A stretch of 64,000 bases of DNA from Phyllobates terribilis. Lineage: Eukaryota. Positions 56,515 through 64,000 of this stretch are shown one piece after another (the first letter of the stretch is position 1; every line of letters begins with the position of its first letter). The notes beneath the pieces were generated by a model that did no database searches, was not told the DNA's origin, and worked only from the letters and a program-made list of their open reading frames with translations. The stretch lies in assembly GCF_046119375.1 (NCBI RefSeq), contig NW_027362771.1, forward strand, positions 590,364,001 through 590,428,000, read 5' to 3'. Both the position numbers and the translations under genes were made by a program.

Positions 56515-58244
56515 TTGAAGTCTGAAGGCTGGAAAGAAGTAGATGGTGTGGGGGGGACAGAGAATGCCGAGCCTTTGTTCGGATACATGAAAGCTGCAGA
56601 CTGTGATTTGTTATGTGCCCCCAAAATGGCCGTTGCACCTTTGATGCCTGTCACTACACCGAGCCCTCAGCCACCGCCCTATAATGGTACCAACAACAAA
56701 TCACCGGAGGGGTGGACGTGTCGGGTGTGTGGAGATCAAAACCCACCCTGGGCGGAGTTCTGCTGTGTCTGTGGGGCGGGCCGCCCATGGCACGATGCCC
56801 AGCCTGTCTCCAAGAACAATCCCACTTCCACTCCACCTCCTCCCTCCAACGGCCATCTTACTACACCTTTTCCTGCCTCCAAGAACAATCCCACTTCCAC
56901 TCTAACTCCTCCCTCCCATGGCCATCTTGCTACACCTCTTACTTGTTGTGAAAAGCCCCAATCCGGCCTATATCCACTACTAGATCCGTCCGGTGCATAT
57001 TACCAGCCACCAGCACAGGTGGAAAAGCCCGCAGTCCCAGAGCACCCATCTGAAACTAATGTGACAACGCTTCCCCTGTTTCCTATGGGAGTCACCCACA
57101 ACCCTGGGGATATCCTCCTCAACTCCCCAGAATTTCAGGCCAGACTGCTCTCCCACCGCCAACATACTGTTACTCAAGACGATACGGAGCCAGATGAGGG
57201 ATGGGCTCAAGATACTCCAGCCCCCCCCCCTCCTTTACCCCATACGTCTCCTATGGCATCCTTCACCCCACATCCATTACCCGTACTCCGGCCCTTGCTC
57301 CAAGCAACTGCTGAAAGAGCACCACCCCCCAGCCCCTCAGAAGTCTGGGATCCCTGCCGCTCCCGGAATCTAGTAGACCCATCAGGACGACCTGTCACTC
57401 TGTCAATAGGCTATGGTGACATCCTTACACATCTGGTGGGGGCCATAATCAACCCTGCAAACACCCGTATGAGCCATGCTGGAGGATTGGCTCGTAAAAT
57501 TGCCCTTGCTGCTGGTTCCACTCTGGCTGCAGAATGCCAGGCTCACTTAGCCGAAAACGGAGAGCTTTCAAAAGGCCATGGATTCCACAAAAGCAGGATC
57601 CCTTAGTACGTATGAATCCGGCCTAGAATACATGAAACAGTTAAAGGCCTGGGCTCGGGATCGCTTGTCAGATCAAGCTGGGTCTGTACAAGATGTTCAA
57701 CAAGACCCTGATGACTCTGTGGAAAGATATGCTGCAAGACTCAGCATGCATTTTGTTGGTTCAGGCCCTAGTAGATGGCCTACAAGACGCTCTCAGAGAT
57801 GAAGTCCTGAGAGTACGGCCCGAGATTCGTTCTTCTTCTTTCAACGACGCGGTGGACATCGTTCAAGCTTTCCAAAAATCAATGCTAAAAATGGAAAAGG
57901 ATACTAAGCCAAAGAAGAAAACCGCTCCTGCCATGGTATATCAAGCTCATGAAAGCTACCCACCCCCTGGCAACCAACATGGAATCAAGTGGGTAATGGT
58001 TAAAGGCACAGGTGATGATACTCCTCCCACATATAGAAAACAAGACAGAAGAGATGACAAGGGACCATCTAGAAACAGAAGACAATCTCGTGATTCTGAA
58101 GGACGAATGTTGTGTTGGGAGTGTGGTAGCCTTGACCACATCCTCAGAGACTGTCCAACCCGCAGACAGTACCATGACCGGTCGTTCCGTGACGGTCCAC
58201 ACAACCATGGACCTTCCCGTGAACCATCTCATCCACGCCAATGA
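56515..58244 (+). pseudogene. gag: ERV gag: PPPY (56671-82), RanBP2-type zinc finger (56710-87), YPLL, macro-domain half (57394-57604), CA C-terminal part, CCHC knuckle; two frameshifts and an internal deletion
   Basis: WTCRVCGDQNPPWAEFCCVC; GDILTHLVGAIINPANTRMSHAGGLARKI; VQQDPDDSVERYAARL; CWECGSLDHILRDC. Confidence 0.88.
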
Positions 58245-61200
58245 CGGCTCGGTCAACCAGTGTCCACTTTCCCGGCTACGCATCTCACGGCCGCCTGTGG
58301 GACTGTCACTTTACAGGTGGACCATCAACCACTGGAGTTCCTGGTGGACACTGGGGCGGCCACATCTGTCATTTCCTCTGCACAGCTCCCTCCTTCTGTA
58401 TCCCTATCACCGGATACCCTCACCTGTGTTGGGGTGGAAGGCCAACATATTTCCTCTCCACTCACAGTCCCTGTGTCTGCAGGACCGTTCACCGGAGTAC
58501 TCACAAGATTCTTGGTCTGTGAAACTTGCCCTGTCAATCTGTTGGGAGCCGATCTCTTAGAGCGGATGAAGGCAACAATTAGCTTCGGAAACCATGGTAT
58601 GGAGCTTCTTTTGCGGGACCCTCATTCCGAACAAGGGACTGAAGACCGCTGTTTTCTTAAAGCCTTCCCTCTCATGATGATGACCATACAACCTCACACT
58701 CTTCTTGATATCTCACAGTTCCCTCACTCTCTGTGGTCCAGTGGGCCAGAGGACGTCGGCCTCCTGCAGGTTCCCCCGGTCCGAGTACACCTCAAGCCTG
58801 GACACAGGTACCCACGGTTGCCACAATACCCCCTCAAGGCTGCACAAGAACAAAGCTTGGGTACCCAAATCGCTTCCCTCCTGGAATCAGGAGTCCTTGT
58901 CAGATGTGTATCCCCATGCAATACACCCCTCTTTCCTGTAAAAAAAGAAAACCGTTCCGGGAGAGTCTCCAAGATACCAGTTGATTCAGGATCTCAGAGC
59001 CGTCAATGCAGCTACCATTTTAGAAACTCCAGTGGTACCTAACCCAAACACCCTCTTGTCTCAGCTGCCTCCAACGGCCACCTTGTTTACGGTGTTAGAT
59101 CTGGCCAACGCCTTCTTCAGTATACCCTTACATGAAGATTCGTGGTTTCTTTCTGCCTTCACCTTCCAAGGAGCACAGCTTACATGGACCAGGACTCCGC
59201 AAAGAGCCCAGAACTCTCCTAACCAATTCACTCATTCTATGAAGTCTATTCTGGAGCCATGGGTTCAAGAGAACCCTCAGGTCACCCTTCTACAGTATGT
59301 GGATGATCTTTTACTCTGTGACACTGAAGAAAATTTGCCAGAGATGTCAGTATCCCTTCTCTGGTTTCTTCACTCGGCTAACTGTAAAGTCTCGAAAGGC
59401 GAAGTCCAATGGTGTCTGCCCAAGGTCATTTTCCTCGAACATTGTATATCACAAGGTGCTAGACATCTGACTGAAGAAAGAAAACAAGCCATCATGGATA
59501 TCACCTTCCCAACCACCTACTCCGCTATGCAGACTTTCCTTGGCCTCATCATTTACTGCAGGCAATGGATCCCTGATGCCTCAAAGCTCATGCAACCTCT
59601 GTACGACTATCTCAAGGATGAAGGCTCAGTTTGGCTTCATACTGAAGATCCACGTGTTTCTCATCAACACAGACTATGTTTTGACCGCCTTAAACAGGCT
59701 GTTGTCTCTGCCCCGGCCTTGGGCTTACCAGACTATACTCAGCCATTTCACCTCTTTGTCTCGGAATCGGAAGGTCATGCCTCTGGAGTTCTAGCACAAC
59801 GCTATGATCATAAGTATCGGCCTTTGGGCTACTACTCAGCCCGCCTGGACCCTGTCGCCCGAACTGCCCCTACGTGCCTTAAGGCGGTCCACGCTGCTCA
59901 CATCCTCCTTGACAAGTCAGCTGATATCGTCCTTGGACATGATCTAGTTATACAGGCTGGCCATGATCTCTCGGCTGTTCTGCAACAAACATCTCCGAAA
60001 CATCTAACCAACCAAAGACACCTGCGGCTGCAGTGTTCCCTATTGTTGCCCTCCAATATAACATTTACCAGATGTCTGACTATCAATCCTGCCACTTTGC
60101 TTCCACCTTCTAGGGGGGAAGGTGAAGAGGGTGAAGGTCCATTGGTGGAACCTCATGATTGTATAAAAATTTTACAGGAAGAGACTTCTGCTCCAGAGAA
60201 TATGGTGGCACATCCGCTCGCAGACCCTGCCTTGCACCTATGGACTGATGGATCCCGGCTCGCAGACCCTCAAGGGAAGTTCCACACGGGATATGCTGTC
60301 ACAACGGACCTAACAGTCCTCAAGGCTGAAGCTCTACCACCATACATGTCTGCACAAGAAGCTGAACTTGTGGCTCTCACAGAGGCCTGCCACCTGGCAG
60401 CAGGAACAAAGGCGAATATATATATACCGATTCCAGGTATGGACATGGAATTTGCAATGATTCTGGACTCTTGTGGAAGTCTAGAGGATTCATCACAGCT
60501 GCAGGTACACCAGTGAAACATGTCTCATGGATTAAGGCCCTAATGAAGGCCCTGGAACTACCCATTCAGGTTGCTGTTATCAAGGTCAAGGCTCATGGAA
60601 GACTAGAATCCAGAGAAGCCAGGGGCAACCACCTAGCTGACCAAGCAGCCAAGACTGCAGCAGTGGAGAATGTGTCATCAAAGTGGCAGGAAAAGGAAGA
60701 AGAGATGGGGGAAACCCTGCAAACCGTAGCTGTGGCGCTCACTAGAGCAAGAGCCAAAGAACAGCCGGCGGAAGACCATACAAGTCCAGCGGAGACACGA
60801 GTGGAATCCAGGGGGGTCAGGATGCCTGAAGAAAAATTGTGTGAGGAACAAAGGAAGACCCCCCCACTGAAGAAGTCAAGCAATGGAAAGCGGCAGGAGC
60901 TGTGCTGGCAGGTCGCAAAGATTCAAAGGTCAACTCGACTCTTTACCAAGTGGATGGGAAGCCTTGCTTGCCTAGACGCATATACTCAGCTGTGGCAGCA
61001 TGGGCTCACGGGCCTACACACAGAGGAAAGAATCAAGCCTTGGCATGTATCAAGAAACTGTATTTTGCACCCGGAATCTCTTCCACTGTGACTGCATACT
61101 CAAAATCCTGCTCTGTCTGCGCTACCTGCAACCCAACGTGTACGGCACGGGTCCCTCTCCAACACCTGGCTAAACCAGACTACCCTTGGCAGAGAATACA

Positions 61201-61969
61201 AGTCGACCATATCCAAATGCCTAAAGCAGGAAAATAGGAGTACGTTTTGGTAGCCGTGGATATGTTCTCAGCCTGGCCCGAGGCCTACCCGGTTGTCAAC
61301 ATGACTGCTAAAGTCACAGCCAAGAAACTGATCACCGAAATTGCCTACAGATTTGGAGTTCCCCAAGTCATAGAATCGGATCAAGGACCAGCTTTCACAG
61401 CAAATATCTACGAAGAACTCTGGAACATGTTGGGAACAGATTTGGGCCTCCACACTCCATACCATTCTGCCAGTTCAGGCAAAGTGGAGAGAATGAATTC
61501 CACACTCAAGACCCAGCTCTTGAAAATGACCTAAGATCATCCCCTCCCCTGGCCCGACCTACTCCCCATAGTATTGTATCATATCAGACACACTCCTCAG
61601 GCCAAATATGGGCTGACTCCCTATAAAATTTTGTTTGGGACCCCACCCAAGATAGGAGAGATTAGGCCCCAAGAGTTGTCTGAAACACATGATAGAGTGG
61701 TAAAATTTGTGATTGCTTTGTCTAGAGAATTGACTAACACCCGCTCTCCAGTATCTGCTTCTCTCCCAGAATCTACAGGTGATGCAGTACATGATTTCAT
61801 CCCAGGCGATCTAGTGTATGTGAAGAAGTTTGTCCGGAAAGACTGCCTCCAGCCGCGGTTCGAGGGACCGTACACTGTGCTTCTCACCACCCCGACGGCC
61901 CTGAAGCTTGAGGGCAAGAGCACCTGGATTCACGCCTCCCACTGCAAGAGAGACAGAACGAGTCTATAA
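58245..61969 (+). pseudogene. pol: ERV pro-pol (PR, RT, RNaseH, IN) with three frameshifts and two in-frame stops (61235-37, 61532-34)
   Basis: LVDTGA; LPQYPL; QYVDDLL; WTDGS..SAQEAEL; HGPTH..CSVC; QVDH, SDQG, GKVERMN; [13 protein letters not shown]. Confidence 0.93.
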
Positions 61970-61972
61970 AAG

Positions 61973-62250
61973 ATGACTACCTTCTTCTATATCCTTTCCA
62001 TATGCTTACTGTCTGTCCCAGGGTGGACAGCTACCACACAGGGGTAGATATCTCCTTCTTTTCAGGTTGGTTGGGAGGGCTCAAGGGATTCCTCCAACAA
62101 GTTTGTCTAGTAATGGGAGGTCTATTAGTATTGGGCCTGGTGGTCCTGTGCTGCATAGTCCCCTTATACAGGAAAGCTATAACCAATGCTGTCCCAACCT
62201 CCGGGACCTTTCTGAATCAAGAGAAGATATGGAGAAATACACTCCTTTGA
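61973..62250 (+). pseudogene. env: env remnant: signal peptide joined out of frame to membrane anchor and tail
   Basis: MTTFFYILSICLLSVPGWTA..*; then GWLGGLKGFLQQVCLVMGGLLVLGLVVLCCIVPLYRK in another frame. Confidence 0.75.
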
Positions 62251-62468
62251 ACAAGCCTGACCAGCCCCCCCATGACAAAGTTCAATTGAGAGATTTAGTT
62301 TAGGGACAGTTGGGAGAACTCCATGTGTCACCCAGGATAGGGCTCGATTGTCTGGGGGCGTCCCATAAGGGGGCAGCTTCTAAGATGATTGGGTGAAGAA
62401 ATCCACCTCCCCTCTCCCCACACATGGACAGTCTCAAAGGCCCCGAAGAAAGGGAAAGCTTAGTGTTT

Positions 62469-62477
62469 AGGGGGGAA
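62469..62477 (+). promoter_or_regulatory. Polypurine tract
   Basis: AGGGGGGAA directly before the 3' LTR. Confidence 0.85.
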
Positions 62478-62997
62478 TGTCGGGGTAAAAGAGAATATAT
62501 ATTTTTGTAACTTTTATACTTTTGTAACTTTTATACGTTTTTTTGCTAATGTACTAACCACCATTTTGTGTCTTATAACAATAAGCTTTCCTTGCTACGT
62601 ATTACTCAAATCGAAATTTAAACTAAGACAGTTCCAGTGTTGCCAAGACTTATTTCAGAGAAACGAAACAAGATTATAAGCTGACGGCTGCAATATCTGC
62701 CCAGAGACTGAGATAAGGAGATGTGGACCAATCAGGAGTGGCCAGACACTGGACTTTCATGGCTTACCCCGCCCTGGACAACCCCTTTCCCCTCCCCATT
62801 ATGTAGTGTATTTAGGTTTGTGTATGTAGGAATAAACACAGAACATTGCTGAGAACGTTGTCTGTAGTAGTCTTTTGAGCGTGCTCTGAGTTTGAACCAG
62901 CTTGTTGTCTGACTCATTCTTTGAATGGTTGACCCATGCTCATAGTTTGAATTTGGAGTGACTGGAGGACGAGTGGAATGTCATCACGACCCTCACA
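62478..62997 (+). repeat. ERV 3' LTR
   Basis: 520 bp; only two differences from the 5' LTR found by eye. Confidence 0.96.
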
Positions 62998-64000
62998 ATC
63001 TGGCTTTTTTATGTTTCTTTTGGAGTAATGGCTTCTTACTGGCAGAGTGGCCTTTCAGCCCATGTTGATACAGTACTCGCTTCACTGTGGTTATTGACAT
63101 AAACTTACCAGCTTCCGCCATCATCTTCACAAGGTCTTTTGCTTTTGTCCTTGGTTGATATGCACATGTCGGACCAAAGCACGTTCATTTCTGGGACACA
63201 GACCCGTCTCTTTCCTGAGTGGTATGATGGCTGGACATTTCCATCTTGTTTGTACTTGCGTATAATTGTTTGTACAGATGAACGAGGCACCTTCAGGTAT
63301 CTTGAAATTGTACCCAAGAATGAGCCAGACATAAGAAAGTCCACAATTCTCTTGCTGATATCTTGGTTGATTTCTTTAGACTTTCCCATGATGCTACACA
63401 AAGAAGCAGTGTGTTTCAGGTGTGCATTAAAATACATCCACAGGTGTGTCTCTAATTAACTCAGATGTTGCCAAAAACCAGAAGCTTCCAAACACATGAC
63501 ATCATCATATGGGCAGTCCAGAATTATTTAAAGGCATAGTAATCTTAATGTATATAAACGTTTGACTTTGCTGTAAGTAATAAAAATGCCTTAAAACATT
63601 CTCTCTCTCTCATTATTCTGGCATTTGGCAAATATTAAAATTGATGGTAATCCTAATTGACCTAAAACGGGAAAGGTTTATTCTGATTTCATGTCAGATA
63701 TTGAGAAAAACATGCAGATGTGTCTTTTTATATAGTGTATGTAAACTTCTGGTTTCAACTGTATCTTCTCAAATGTTTCCTTGCCGATGCGTAACATTTT
63801 CTTTACACAAATTCAATCCCTTTCTTTTCTCTCTCTTTACTTGTCCTCTGTCTTCACTAGTCCTCACTACTCTACCACAACCCAGCTCAACACTACAGTT
63901 GAGCTAGCAAGAGTCCTTTACTCAACTCCCGCCTGGGCACTTTCTTTGTCTCACATACTACGTCCTGTCTAGGCCCGTTACCTTCCAGGCATCCTCTCCC

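Larger units (their letters stand above)
54932..62997 (+). mobile_element. Endogenous retrovirus, class I (gamma/epsilon-like), 8066 bp, env-deleted
   Basis: Two 520-bp LTRs, 4-bp TSD ATCT, Lys PBS, gag-pro-pol-env order, YVDD RT, GPY motif in IN, PPT. Confidence 0.96.
54082..63761 (-). mobile_element. Sleeping Beauty-like IR/DR Tc1 transposon (about 1.61 kb without the ERV), degenerate
   Basis: TIR CAGTTGAAACCAGAAGTTTACAT, TA TSDs, inner DRs; MGKSKEINQDISKRIVD..LKVPRSSVQTIIRKYK (63105-63437 minus) and VLWSDETKIELF..KHGGGSIML (54737-54925 minus). Confidence 0.95.
53818..64000. mobile_element. LTR-like element hosting the SB-like Tc1; far end lies beyond the window
   Basis: Begins TGTAAC at 53818, breaking the PLE remnant; LTR-like composition continues after 63763. 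No TSD can be verified. Confidence 0.4.

Noticed and set aside
1-64000. CRISPR-like arrays, rRNA or tRNA genes
   Set aside because: Tandem arrays lack unique spacers, the context is eukaryotic, and only 11-18 nt tRNA-complementary PBS motifs were seen.

Overview
Vertebrate genomic DNA, almost certainly an anuran amphibian (inferred from the TE repertoire: CR1, several Tc1 families, TTAA and hAT MITEs, Penelope-like remnants, TG..CA LTR elements, long minisatellites). Most of the window is repeats. The only host-gene signal I can support is a tandem pair of CXCL16-like chemokine loci at 21.5-27.5 kb. Both have chemokine-type exon phases, six conserved cysteines and a mucin-like stalk exon, and both show a non-canonical C-X2-C N-terminal motif (CPDC and CQDC). 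Other highlights: (1) a pol-less LTR element (9593-17027) whose single ORF, once a CR1 insertion is removed, encodes a coiled-coil plus cold-shock-domain protein; (2) a young 8.07 kb class-I-like endogenous retrovirus (54932-62997; 520-bp LTRs differing at 2 sites) with a RanBP2-type zinc finger and a macro domain inside gag, a CAA-UGA-CGG gag-pro readthrough junction, an env reduced to signal peptide plus anchor, and seven TAR-like bulged hairpins in its leader; (3) PBS-like motifs inside LTRs that co-vary with each element's own primer tRNA; (4) two near-identical CR1 copies with open ORF2 and one intact Tc1 transposase. There is one N gap (22690-23078). All family assignments come from motif recognition and recalled sequences; no database search or alignment was run.
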